Origin: an uncultured Fibrobacterota bacterium
GTDB lineage: Bacteria > Fibrobacterota > Chitinivibrionia > Chitinivibrionales > FEN-1185
Length of the DNA stretch: 64,000 nucleotides
Assembly (NCBI GenBank): GCA_963729895.1
Contig: CAVSQB010000005.1
Coordinates: 1 to 64,000 of the forward strand
Direction of reading: 5' to 3'
The notes under the pieces are model-generated. The model saw only the letters and a program-made list of their open reading frames with translations, searched no databases and was not told where the DNA came from. The position numbers were made by a program, and so were the translations under genes. Shown here piece by piece: positions 1 to 9,513 of the stretch; the first letter of the stretch is position 1, and each line of letters opens with the position of its first letter.

Positions 1-1309
1 GGTGTTGAAAAAGTCTCCCTTTTGTAAACATTTATCCTTATATTATAGGGGAACCCCAACCAAGGAGTATTGATGAGAGGTTCCCAGCCAGCCCAAGGCG
101 GTATGTTCAGCTTCGTTTCTCCGGATTCCCGAGTGCCGGCAACGCACCCGCTTCGTCGTGTCAAACAGTTTACGGACATAGCGCTGCGCCGCCTTTCTCG
201 TGACTTTGAGGCGATGTACAGCCGGATGGGACGCCCTTCGATACCGCCGGAATGGCTTTTGAAAGCACAGATATTGATGGCTTTGTTTTCGATACGGTCG
301 GACCGGTTGTTTTGCGAGATGCTGGACTATAACATTCTGTTCCGATGGTTTCTTGACATGGATCTGGATGCGGCATCGTTTGATCATAGTGTGTTTTCGA
401 AGAACCGAGATCGACTTATGGAACAGGAGATTGCGCACCGGCTGATGCAGGAAATCGTGCGTCTTGCTCGTTCCGAAGAGTTGTTGTCCGATGAGCATTT
501 CACGGTTGACGGCACGTTGATTGAAGCCTGGGCATCGATGAAGAGCTTCAAGCGAAAAGACGCGGAATCGGCGAACAAGACTGACGATGATCGGAGTAAT
601 CCGTCGGTTGATTTCCACCATGAGAAGCGAAGCAATGAGACACATCAGAGTTCGACCGATCCAGAGGCGCTGTTGGCTCGGAAGAACAAGAGAACGGGAG
701 CGCAGCTGGCGTATTCCGGTCACGTGCTGATGGAAAACCGAAATGGGTTGTGTGTTGATATCGCCATTGCGCCAGCGACGGGGACAGCGGAACGGGATAT
801 GGCGCTTGAGCTGATAAAGCATGAACGCAGGCGCGGAAAACGCCGGATGAAGACGGTGGGTGCAGACAAAGGGTATCATGCAACCGAATTTATCAAGAGC
901 CTGCGACGCCTGCACGTGAAGCCTCACATTGCCGAGAAGGCCAACACTTCGCTTAAAGGGTTGGATGGAAGAACGACTCGGCATAAGGGATACAGCGTAA
1001 GTCAAAGGAAACGAAAACGGGTTGAAGAGATATTTGGGTGGATCAAGAGCGTCGGTGGCCTGCGGAAAACTCGGGTAAGAGGAATACGAATCAACCAGAC
1101 TGTTGCCTACGTGGTTGCCGCAGCGTACAACTTGATACGCATGGTTAAGTTGATGCCGCAAACGGTGGGGGCAGCATGAGAATGGCCTGGGAATCCGGGG
1201 AAATGCCTCGGAACGAGGCAGGTAAAACCTCTCTGACATATGTAAAGTTGAAGTTAGGTTCATAAAAAATCAACAAGAGCGCTTCTGTTAGGACTATTTC
1301 AACAACCTG
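1..1309 (+). mobile_element. IS5-family insertion sequence, copy 1 (first 3 bp cut by window edge)
   Basis: Left end GGTGTTGAAAAAGTC at 1 and right end GACTATTTCAACAACCTG ending at 1309 are imperfect inverted repeats. The right end is followed by CTAA (YTAR target typical of IS5). Near-identical to 32424-33735. Confidence 0.95.
70..1179 (+). CDS. IS5 family DDE transposase
   Basis: 369 aa with HPLR, GRPSIPPE, FRWF, FTVDGTLIEAWAS, GADKGY and RKRVEEIFGW motifs. Confidence 0.95.
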   Translation: MMRGSQPAQGGMFSFVSPDSRVPATHPLRRVKQFTDIALRRLSRDFEAMYSRMGRPSIPPEWLLKAQILMALFSIRSDRLFCEMLDYNILFRWFLDMDLDAASFDHSVFSKNRDRLMEQEIAHRLMQEIVRLARSEELLSDEHFTVDGTLIEAWASMKSFKRKDAESANKTDDDRSNPSVDFHHEKRSNETHQSSTDPEALLARKNKRTGAQLAYSGHVLMENRNGLCVDIAIAPATGTAERDMALELIKHERRRGKRRMKTVGADKGYHATEFIKSLRRLHVKPHIAEKANTSLKGLDGRTTRHKGYSVSQRKRKRVEEIFGWIKSVGGLRKTRVRGIRINQTVAYVVAAAYNLIRMVKLMPQTVGAA

Positions 1310-1557
1310 CTAAAGCTTTTTGGGGATAGTGCTTCACAAGGAATGGAAGCCGGCGATCAATGTCTATTCTTATAACGATTTTTTCAAGAGCAAGCCTTCT
1401 TCCTTCCAATTGCTGCTCGTGGGTGACCCCCAGCCGAAGATTGACGCTCGCAACCAATCTCTCAAGGGGTACACCCAGGAGAGGGGCGTGCCGAGGACTG
1501 CAGAGCGGGCCGAGGCCGGGGGAGATACTTCTCCCCCGAAATCTGTCGACCTCGATT

Positions 1558-2736
1558 TCACAAACTCTCCATCAAAATCCTTCTCATATCCTCTTTGTCC
1601 AGTTTGGCCGGATTGTTCTTGTTGTCTGTTTTGTCAATTATCGCACCAAACGATGAGGCCGTAATGCCGCAGCTTCCCAGCCTCGGGATCTTGAGGACGT
1701 TCACAATTTCTTCGACCTTTTCGATCAGCATGTCGCATGTTTCCCTCGCCGTGGCGCGCCGGCGGGCGCACAGGATTTCACCCGCCCGGGCGTACTTGAC
1801 AAGATGAGGCAATCCCGCTTCGGTTTGCGAAAGGGCGCGTATCGTTCTCCGCAGGCAGGGTGCCAGCAGGGCTCCGCAGACAACACCGTGCGGCGCCGCA
1901 AACATCCCGCCTATCGACGAGGCGAAACCGTGCACCACGCCGAGCCCCGCGTTTGCAAGCGCCATGCCCGACATAAGGGCGGCGTAGGAGAGGTCAGCGC
2001 GTATTGCGACGTCCTGCGCCGCGCCCGTGCAGGCGGGCAGAAGGCTGTTCCCGATGCGCTCCATGCCGCTCGACGCGAGCGCGTCGGTGAGAGGCGACGC
2101 TTTCGTCGAAACAAACGATTCGAGCAGCTGGGTGAGCGCGTCGAGGCCGCAGGCCGCGGTGATGCCGGCCGGACAGGAAAGGGTGAGCGCAGGGTCGACA
2201 ACGGCGGCGTCGGGCATGAAGTTGTCGTGGCGGAGAGACTTTTTGTATCCGCCGCTTCCCACGCTGCTGAGCACGGCATTCCTGGTGGCTTCGCACCCGG
2301 TACCGGCGGTGGTGGGCACTGCGACAAAGGGGACTTTGGCGCCGGGATGGATCTTTGTGCCGACGTCTTCCAGATAGTCCGACACCGGCTCGCCGAGCGG
2401 CAGCATGGCCGATATCGCCTTGCCCGCGTCGATGACGCTGCCGCCGCCCACCGAGAGCACCGAGGAGATCGCGCGGCCTGCATTGGCGGCCACCGCCTTG
2501 TCTATTTCCTGCGGAGAGGGCTCGCCGGGAATCTCGCATTCGTAAAATCCAACGCGCGCGTTTGTGAGGCTGTCCGCGATTGTTGCGCGCGCGCCGGAGC
2601 GGGCAAGCGACTCCTTTCCGTGCACCCAGAGCGTTGTGCCGCCAAACGCCGAAACAATGGCGCCGACCTTTTCGGCCTGGCGCACTCCAAAATAAATGGC
2701 AGGGGCGCGGCAGAAGAGGAACGGGCTTATCGCCAT
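1558..2736 (-). CDS. Iron-containing alcohol dehydrogenase
   Basis: GGGSVIDAGKA, VPTTAGTG.E, DALTQLLE, GLGVVHG and PHG motifs; start moved to MAISP, which overlaps the upstream gene's end. Confidence 0.92.
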   Translation of the reverse strand: MAISPFLFCRAPAIYFGVRQAEKVGAIVSAFGGTTLWVHGKESLARSGARATIADSLTNARVGFYECEIPGEPSPQEIDKAVAANAGRAISSVLSVGGGSVIDAGKAISAMLPLGEPVSDYLEDVGTKIHPGAKVPFVAVPTTAGTGCEATRNAVLSSVGSGGYKKSLRHDNFMPDAAVVDPALTLSCPAGITAACGLDALTQLLESFVSTKASPLTDALASSGMERIGNSLLPACTGAAQDVAIRADLSYAALMSGMALANAGLGVVHGFASSIGGMFAAPHGVVCGALLAPCLRRTIRALSQTEAGLPHLVKYARAGEILCARRRATARETCDMLIEKVEEIVNVLKIPRLGSCGITASSFGAIIDKTDNKNNPAKLDKEDMRRILMESL

Positions 2737-3038
2737 TTGTTCTTTTCTTTTGGGCAAATCACGGAGTAGGGAACGCCTTCGCGGGGCTTGCGCATCCAAT
2801 CTTCCACGGCCTTCTTCCATTCAAGATAATGGGCCGTTTTCTTGTGTGCGGCGGCGGCCTCTTCCGTTTCGAACGCCTCGTACAGCAAGAAACGGCTGGG
2901 GTCATCGGCGTTTTGCAGTACATCGAAGCGCAGGTTGCCTCGCTCGCGAACGGACGCTTCATGGTTCTTGACGGTTGCTTCGATGAATTCCGTAATGAAG
3001 TCGGGCTTTACCTGTACCATGACGGCGGTGACGATCAT
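2727..3038 (-). CDS. Antibiotic biosynthesis monooxygenase (ABM)/LsrG-like protein
   Basis: 103 aa: NHEASVRERGNLRFDVLQ...FLLYEAF...AAAHKKTAHYLEW; AGGAG Shine-Dalgarno (SD) upstream. Confidence 0.88.
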   Translation of the reverse strand: MIVTAVMVQVKPDFITEFIEATVKNHEASVRERGNLRFDVLQNADDPSRFLLYEAFETEEAAAAHKKTAHYLEWKKAVEDWMRKPREGVPYSVICPKEKNKWR

Positions 3039-3232
3039 AGGGGGTCTCCTTTTTCCGGTTACAACGAACCGCGCAGGACCGGGCGGCGGTGCATCGGGTA
3101 TCGCCCGGCCGGCCGCCCTCGCTATCCGGGTCCTCGCCGGCTGGAGTGGACAGGGCATCGGACCCGTAACCACTAAAAATATAAATACGCGAAAAACCGG
3201 ATTATGGCATTTTTTTCAGATACTGCTCATTT

Positions 3233-3287
3233 CACCCACTACGCAGAAGGCCCCCGACTTTGTCGGGGGCCTTCTGCGTAGTGGGTG
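3233..3287. repeat. Perfect 26-bp inverted repeat (hairpin, 3-nt loop)
   Basis: CACCCACTACGCAGAAGGCCCCCGAC-TTT-GTCGGGGGCCTTCTGCGTAGTGGGTG. Confidence 0.95.
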
Positions 3288-3544
3288 TCGCCATAGTTTC
3301 TTTCTGCTCATTGAGCAGAAAGAATTTTTTGGGGCCGCCGACTCCTGTCGGCGGGGCTCCACCGTACTCCGCACTTCAGACGCCCCCATTCTTTGCATGG
3401 CGGCGAGACTGCATATTAAATTTTCAGAAAAAATTAACCTAATATATTTTGCTACTGCTCATGTCCGGCGAGGTAGCTCATATCAGAATGAGCGGAAAAG
3501 AATAAACAACCACGATAGGTCCTGTTCAGGCTGATTTTGAGAGC

Positions 3545-4246
3545 GTGAAAATGAAAAACGTCTCTTTGTTTGTTGTTCTGCTGGCAGGCGCAGCTCTTGC
3601 GCAGCAGATTTCCAAAATTGACACCCGGGTACCTCCGGAAGTCCAAGACCTCATTCATCAGGCGATTAACGGGACCGAAAAGACCACCATAATCGGCTTT
3701 GACGGAATCAAAGTGCGGATGGGATTTGATAGCTCGACAAGAATCTCCGATGTGAAGGCGGGCGCCCCGATAAGGTATTATTGGCTTTCAATAGACTCTT
3801 TGATGAAGGCAAACGACACTACGCCTGTAAGTTCCCTGGTGGCGGCCCTTATCGGTCAATATCAAGTTCCACTCCTCATAAAAGGCAGGATTATTTGCTT
3901 TCTCGATATAGTGAAAGACAAAACGTTCGGTGAAAAATGGCACATGAGAGGAGAATCTTCAGGAGGATTGTGTGCCAGGGAATGGCAAAAGGTGACAAAA
4001 ACATGGCCAAAATCCGCAGGATTTAACCCTGTACTTGTTGAGGCGCCTTTCCTGGGAGGAAAGCGTTTCTTTCATATTCCCGAAAAAGGGGACCACAACT
4101 TGACCTACTTACGCTGTAACAAGAACGATACCTTTGCGATTGTGACGGATTCATTGTATTCGAATCTCACCGAAAGTAAAGATGCCTGCAAATCATTGGA
4201 AAAAGAGGTCCGCACTGGCCCTTCAGATGGAGGCCTGCTAAAATGA
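3545..4246 (+). CDS. Hypothetical exported protein
   Basis: 233-aa ORF with Sec signal peptide (MKNVSLFVVLLAGAALA); no recognisable family. Confidence 0.7.
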   Translation: MKMKNVSLFVVLLAGAALAQQISKIDTRVPPEVQDLIHQAINGTEKTTIIGFDGIKVRMGFDSSTRISDVKAGAPIRYYWLSIDSLMKANDTTPVSSLVAALIGQYQVPLLIKGRIICFLDIVKDKTFGEKWHMRGESSGGLCAREWQKVTKTWPKSAGFNPVLVEAPFLGGKRFFHIPEKGDHNLTYLRCNKNDTFAIVTDSLYSNLTESKDACKSLEKEVRTGPSDGGLLK

Positions 4247-4387
4247 GAGATGAGATATTTGGTGTGCAAAAAACTGGTTTATCGCATTTTTTGTTATATA
4301 TTATATGTTTGGGTGCGGGATAGGATAAAAGGGGTGTTGAAATTTCCCCCCTCCTTAAGCGATTAAGGTCTAATATTCGATTTTTGT

Positions 4388-4415
4388 TGAACCCGGCTTG
4401 TCATTCAAACGACTA
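4388..4415 (+). promoter_or_regulatory. Putative ECF-sigma-type promoter TGAACC-N16-CGACTA
   Basis: Same motif and spacing recurs upstream of the next paralog (9426-9453). Confidence 0.5.
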
Positions 4416-4513
4416 TTTTAGTGGAACGTTATATACAAGCATCATTTCGGCGTAAATAAGGATATGCGGTTATTCCCAATATGATTGCCGTCAAGCAGGA
4501 GGGTGGTTGATCT

Positions 4514-7500
4514 ATGCGAAAACAAAACGGTTCGGCGGGCGGAATTTTGCTTTCGGTTGCGAGCATCGTACTGGCGTTTGCGTCGTTTGCAAGCGGGCAA
4601 GCCCTGTACCCGGCCACGGTCACGGTTCCGGTGACGTATTACGACCAGCATTCCGACGGAAGCAATCCGGATTTCAATTCCGGCACCAATCCGGCCATCG
4701 TCCTACCCGGCATGGTGCAGCCGCAACTCGATGCGGCCGGGCGGCCCGTGGGCAATCCCAATATCATTCTTTACAGCTGGGGAATCGGGAAATGGTGGAG
4801 GACCTGGCCGCAAAGCAAGGCGCCTACTAATTATGGAGACGATTTCCAGCGTCCCGTCTACGGTCCCGCGGGCAGGACCGTCAATCTCCCGGTGGGAGAC
4901 GTCGGCTACGATACTTCATATATCAATTCCGTCGTCCAGGGTAATCTCGTTTTTAACTACATTCCCGGGACCGCAGGAATGTATCAGTATAATAATCCGA
5001 ACTTCTTTCCGCTTGACCAAAGCGGTTTCCAAACGCCTCCCAATCTGCCCGATCCCACGCTGAGTTTCAACGGGGCGCCGCTCAACCGAAATCCGGGTCT
5101 TCCCAATTACAATCCGCACAACTATTCCTTTGCCATGCATCTGCAGAAAACATTTCAGTTCCAGGCGGGACAAACCTTCCAGTTCGCAGGCGACGACGAC
5201 ATGTGGGTGTTTGTCAACGGTCAGTTGGTCCTGGATCTCGGCGGCGTTCATAATACCACGGTGGGCCAATTTGCGCTTGATAATCTTACCGCGCAGCTGG
5301 GACTCATTGTGGGTGATTCCGCCACGCTCGACGTTTTCTATTGCGAAAGGCAGGCCGTTGGTTCGGACATCGAAATCACCACAAACATAATCAGCGCCAC
5401 TCCCGCAAAACTGGTTCTCACCATGAATCCAAAAGTCGACACGCTGCCTGCGGGAAGCATAGCGGCTTTTACAGGCACCGTGTACGACCAGTTCAACCAT
5501 CCCGACACTGCCTTCAACAAGGACATCAGCTGGGCCCTCAAGCCTGCCGGCACAACAACCAGAATCAGTCCAACCACCGGCGGGCTTGACACGTTTTACG
5601 CGGCCCAGGCATACACCACGTACATCATTACCGCCTCATTTGCGGATCCTTTGAACCCTAACACGAACGTAGCTCCGGTGTCGGATACTATCTATGTCAA
5701 GCCCGGTCCCGATTATAAAGTCTGGATCGAACCGGACGCCAATATCAACCCGAACGATGTAAGCGCGGCGAGCCTTGCGCGTTTGCAGCATCCCGATCCG
5801 GTTACGCTCGTGACTCTTTCCGATACCCAGTCCGTGGCAACCGTTTATGGGGTCGTGCGTGACCAGTTCGGCAATTTTACGCATCTTGCAACCGCCGCGC
5901 AATGGAGCGAGGCGGGCGCAAATCTCGGCACCGCCAAGATAGTAGCTTCCGTTCCCCAGTACGTGGGGCTCGTGGAGCGGATAACCGGTATTTTCGGGAG
6001 CACGGAAGCCCAGGTCCAGCAAACCGGTTTGCAGGGCGACACGACCCTGGTAAGCATTCTCAACGGGTATATCAAGCAGCTCAGGTTCGTTGATGTTGCC
6101 ACCGGCCGGCCGATTACCGGAATCAACATCAATTCCGATCAGGACATTACCGTCAAGCTTCAGGGAATTCTGTCTACCGATACTACAAACACATGGATAG
6201 ATGTCACCGGTTCCTGGGCGCTTGCACCTAACATCGCATCCGCCGTTCCGATTCCCACAACCGCTGCAGGCTCGTGGACGTTCAGTCCCACGGTTCCCGG
6301 CGGGCCGTCACAGCTCACTGCAACCACGGGAACGGGCGCCCCCGTGGTAACGGCTCAAATTCCCGTGATCGTAACCAGGGCTCCGCCGTCCGTCGCGACA
6401 TTCAATATTCTTACTCCTCCGGCAGGCCGGATCGCGGGCGACACGATTCTGGCGGTCGTGACCATTTCCAACAAAGACGGCCTTGTGCCGGGCACGTATT
6501 GTTATTATCCGGATTCGGCGGCGATTTACCAGGATTCGCTTGGGAAAGGGAACACGCCTCCCCCGATCATAATCACGGATCACGGTACGAATTCGGGTAC
6601 CATAAACGATGCGCCGGGAACGGCAAGCTCGGTGGCGGAATGCTTCACAAACGGCGTTGATACGGTCAAGATGGTTCTCTATCGGGCCCCGTACACCGAC
6701 CCGAGCGTGAGCGGAATCGATACCTTGCACCAACTCGTTGTCAATCTCAACGGGGTCACGGCGACAACCGGGCCCTTCAAGCTCCTGCCGGGCGACCTGT
6801 ATTCGCTCGAACTCGAAAACGCGGCTGGCGTTCATCTCACCGGCACGGATACCCTGCTCTATCCCGACGGCCATATCACCATCTATTCAATCGGGTACGA
6901 CAGATTCGGGAACGAAATCGGCAGGGAGAACTCCAACTGGAGCGTCGACGGGACTCTTCATGGTCTCACGCAGAACAGCATGATTTCCCAGATCTACTAC
7001 GACGCCAGCAACTCCACCACCAGCGAATCGGGTGTTGTGACCGCGCGCGCTCCGCGTTTTCTCAACGGCGTGTTCCAGGATTCGCTGGCCGTAGACAGCC
7101 TCGGCATCGCCATCATCGGCCCGCCGTCGTCGCTGGACTCCGCGGTGACGCGTGACGTCAACGGGGACGGGTATCTTGACGAAATAGAATTGTACTTCAA
7201 CAAGCCGGTCACGTTCCCCGCGGGGATGTCGGGCGCCAATTTCTCCATTATTTACAACGGCGTGACATTCAACGTTGACAGCATCGGCGGAATGGGACCG
7301 AACGGCGAGACAAATACGCACTTTGTGGTGTACCTGCAGGAGGACTCCACTGCGCAGCCGCAAACCGAATGGCGGCCGCTGGTGAGCATCACCGGGATCC
7401 AGGGTTCCAACGACATCAAGAATATCACGGCCAAGGACGGCGCAGGTCCTGTCATCTGGACCGTTACCAAGACCATAAACAATCCAGAAGACCGGACGCA

Positions 7501-8272
7501 GGACGTGGTGACGGTGACGTTTTCCGAACCTATTGTCGGTCCCAAGGGCAGTCCGTTCGCATGGTCCACGTTGGAACCGTCTCTGGTGCTTACCGTATAC
7601 CGGCTGAATGCCGCCGGTACGGGGTACGACACGATTCCCCTGGCGCTGGACAGCATTTTGCAGTTTGCAAAATTTTCAGGCAACGACAGCATTCTCACCT
7701 TCACGATGAGCAACGGCGTGGACCTTACCGCCAACGATTACATCAATATCAACAGCCTTGCGGGCCAGATATTCGACGGGGCCGGCAATCCGCCTGTTTT
7801 GAACAACAGGAAGGCGCCGGTTCAGATCATCAACTCGTTGCCGCCGAGGATTGTGGCAGTGCCGAACCCGTCCGGCCCCACGTTCCGTCACGAACAGCCC
7901 GGAATGTTGAATTTCAGCAACAATCCGAACGCCCGTGACTGGGTTCGCGTGGAAAGGGCAGGGACCGTGATCACCTTCCAGATATCGCCACCCACGGGAT
8001 CCAATGAGAACGTCACGGGGTATATCAAGGTGTTCGACGAGGTGGGCAATCTGGTAAATTCCGCGAATAGCTCGGACGTGCTTGCTTCCCTCAAGTACGA
8101 TCCGAACAATATCAGCAGTTCATACAACTACGACATTTATTGGAACGGGTCCAACGAGCAGGGGCTCAAAGTTGCCCCCGGCGTGTACCGCACGGTTGTG
8201 TATCTAACGTACACGTCTCCAACGAACTCGGAAAAGAAGAGGTTGTGGGGGACGGTAGGAATTTCGTATTAG
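4514..8272 (+). CDS. Fibro-slime (PA14-like) domain surface protein 1
   Basis: Signal peptide; FFPLD, HNYSFAMH, FAGDDDMWVFVNGQLVLDLGGVH and FYCERQ (fibro-slime); Ig-like stalk; DVNGDG Ca-loop; C-terminal FlgD/T9SS-like YWNGSN...VAPGVY. Confidence 0.93.
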   Translation: MRKQNGSAGGILLSVASIVLAFASFASGQALYPATVTVPVTYYDQHSDGSNPDFNSGTNPAIVLPGMVQPQLDAAGRPVGNPNIILYSWGIGKWWRTWPQSKAPTNYGDDFQRPVYGPAGRTVNLPVGDVGYDTSYINSVVQGNLVFNYIPGTAGMYQYNNPNFFPLDQSGFQTPPNLPDPTLSFNGAPLNRNPGLPNYNPHNYSFAMHLQKTFQFQAGQTFQFAGDDDMWVFVNGQLVLDLGGVHNTTVGQFALDNLTAQLGLIVGDSATLDVFYCERQAVGSDIEITTNIISATPAKLVLTMNPKVDTLPAGSIAAFTGTVYDQFNHPDTAFNKDISWALKPAGTTTRISPTTGGLDTFYAAQAYTTYIITASFADPLNPNTNVAPVSDTIYVKPGPDYKVWIEPDANINPNDVSAASLARLQHPDPVTLVTLSDTQSVATVYGVVRDQFGNFTHLATAAQWSEAGANLGTAKIVASVPQYVGLVERITGIFGSTEAQVQQTGLQGDTTLVSILNGYIKQLRFVDVATGRPITGININSDQDITVKLQGILSTDTTNTWIDVTGSWALAPNIASAVPIPTTAAGSWTFSPTVPGGPSQLTATTGTGAPVVTAQIPVIVTRAPPSVATFNILTPPAGRIAGDTILAVVTISNKDGLVPGTYCYYPDSAAIYQDSLGKGNTPPPIIITDHGTNSGTINDAPGTASSVAECFTNGVDTVKMVLYRAPYTDPSVSGIDTLHQLVVNLNGVTATTGPFKLLPGDLYSLELENAAGVHLTGTDTLLYPDGHITIYSIGYDRFGNEIGRENSNWSVDGTLHGLTQNSMISQIYYDASNSTTSESGVVTARAPRFLNGVFQDSLAVDSLGIAIIGPPSSLDSAVTRDVNGDGYLDEIELYFNKPVTFPAGMSGANFSIIYNGVTFNVDSIGGMGPNGETNTHFVVYLQEDSTAQPQTEWRPLVSITGIQGSNDIKNITAKDGAGPVIWTVTKTINNPEDRTQDVVTVTFSEPIVGPKGSPFAWSTLEPSLVLTVYRLNAAGTGYDTIPLALDSILQFAKFSGNDSILTFTMSNGVDLTANDYININSLAGQIFDGAGNPPVLNNRKAPVQIINSLPPRIVAVPNPSGPTFRHEQPGMLNFSNNPNARDWVRVERAGTVITFQISPPTGSNENVTGYIKVFDEVGNLVNSANSSDVLASLKYDPNNISSSYNYDIYWNGSNEQGLKVAPGVYRTVVYLTYTSPTNSEKKRLWGTVGISY
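7142..8272 (+). repeat. ~1.13-kb direct repeat, copy A (3' end of fibro-slime 1)
   Basis: 7142-7989 appears identical to 13108-13955 (offset 5966); alternate-frame ORF translations are identical; scattered differences afterwards. Confidence 0.95.
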
Positions 8273-8297
8273 AAAAACGGCCGACAACGGCTTGTCG

Positions 8298-8336
8298 AAA
8301 AAATCCCGGAGAAGGCAGCTTCCCGGGATTTTTTTT
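8298..8336 (+). terminator. Rho-independent terminator
   Basis: AATCCCGG...CCGGGATT stem followed by a T-run after the stop codon. Confidence 0.8.
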
Positions 8337-8349
8337 GTTATTAATTTAT

Positions 8350-9250
8350 GGTGATTATAAAACATCTTGCACAGGAATTATCTTGTGCATATGGGCTTTA
8401 GTCAATTAGAAACCTTTGAATTCATAGGGAAAACTGAAAACAGGGCAAAATTGTTCCTCAGAAAGTTCTGTTGGAAAAATGGCCATGTTTTCTGCATCAA
8501 TTGTAACAGCCATAAAATCTATCGTTTAAAAGGTAAAAAGTTCAGGTGCAAACGATGCGGAAATACCTTTCATGACTTCTCGAATCGGTGGATTGGTCAG
8601 TGCCGCGTCCCTCTGAAAAAGCTGCTGTGGATCATTAAGCTCTTTGAACTGGAAGTCTCAGCACGCAGGATAGCAACTCAGATCGGTTTGAGCTATCCCA
8701 CGGTCTTGCGGATGTGTAATCTCATCCGAAGGGCCTTGATGGTCGCTGAAAGCGATTTCTGGCTCTCTGGAGAGGTTGAGCTCGATGAATCCTACTTCGG
8801 CGGCAGGCGTAAAGGTAAACGTGGCCGGGGTGCTGCCGGAAAGGTTCCCGTCTTTGGTATCCTGGAGAGACACGGAAAAGTGAAGGTGACAGTAGTAAAA
8901 AACGTCACTGCCGAAAGCCTGTTGACTGAGACTGTGAAAATGGTCAGACGAGGCTCCATCATTTACACTGACAAATTCCGCGGCTATGACGCCCTGATGT
9001 TCTGCGGTTATCGGCATTTGAGAGTCGACCATGGGAAAAGATTTGCCACAGGCAAAGTTTATATTAACGGTTTGGAAGGCTTCTGGAGCTATGCTAAGGA
9101 ACGTCTTGCAAAGTTCCATGGAGTCTCCAAAGAATACTTTCCAGGGTATCTGAACGAAATGGCTTTTCGGTACAATCATCGTCATGAAAATTTCTTTGAA
9201 AAACTTGTCAAAATGATCACTAATTTGGTGCAAGATCCTTTATAATTACC
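8350..9250 (+). mobile_element. IS1595-family insertion sequence
   Basis: TIRs GGTGATTATAAAACATCTTGCAC / GTGCAAGATCCTTTATAATTACC; 8-bp target duplication TAATTTAT at 8342-8349 and 9251-9258. Confidence 0.95.
8367..9245 (+). CDS. IS1595 family transposase
   Basis: N-terminal zinc ribbon (CINC/CKRC), VELDESYFGG, RGRGAAGKVPVFG, IYTD, INGLEGFWS and EMAFRYN; exact start uncertain. Confidence 0.95.
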   Translation: MHRNYLVHMGFSQLETFEFIGKTENRAKLFLRKFCWKNGHVFCINCNSHKIYRLKGKKFRCKRCGNTFHDFSNRWIGQCRVPLKKLLWIIKLFELEVSARRIATQIGLSYPTVLRMCNLIRRALMVAESDFWLSGEVELDESYFGGRRKGKRGRGAAGKVPVFGILERHGKVKVTVVKNVTAESLLTETVKMVRRGSIIYTDKFRGYDALMFCGYRHLRVDHGKRFATGKVYINGLEGFWSYAKERLAKFHGVSKEYFPGYLNEMAFRYNHRHENFFEKLVKMITNLVQDPL

Positions 9251-9425
9251 TAATTTATTCAACGAACATGTATTTTTGTTTTGACAAAGTGTGGGAGTTT
9301 GTGCATGAGAAGCGATTGCGGAGGAGGTGAAGGGTGGCGCATTATTCATCGAAAGACCACTCTTCCACGAGATGCAGGGAGGCGGTGGTAGGCAGCGTCG
9401 TTTAATCGATTAATATTTGTATTTT

Positions 9426-9453
9426 TGAACCATGCGACCTGAAATTGCGACTA
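9426..9453 (+). promoter_or_regulatory. Putative ECF-sigma-type promoter TGAACC-N16-CGACTA
   Basis: Same motif and spacing as 4388-4415. Confidence 0.5.
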
Positions 9454-9513
9454 TATAAATGATATTGTGCGTTGACCGTTGTTCACGGGGATCGTAAGGG
9501 GGAGTATCGATTT

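Noticed and set aside
43..1263. 406-aa antisense ORF over the IS5 transposase (also 32470-33690)
   Set aside because: Shadow ORF with no recognisable motifs; its presence in both copies only reflects their near identity
7990..8272. Diversity-generating retroelement (template/variable repeat) between the fibro-slime 3' ends
   Set aside because: Differences are not adenine-specific and many are synonymous; both copies are coding; no reverse transcriptase in the window
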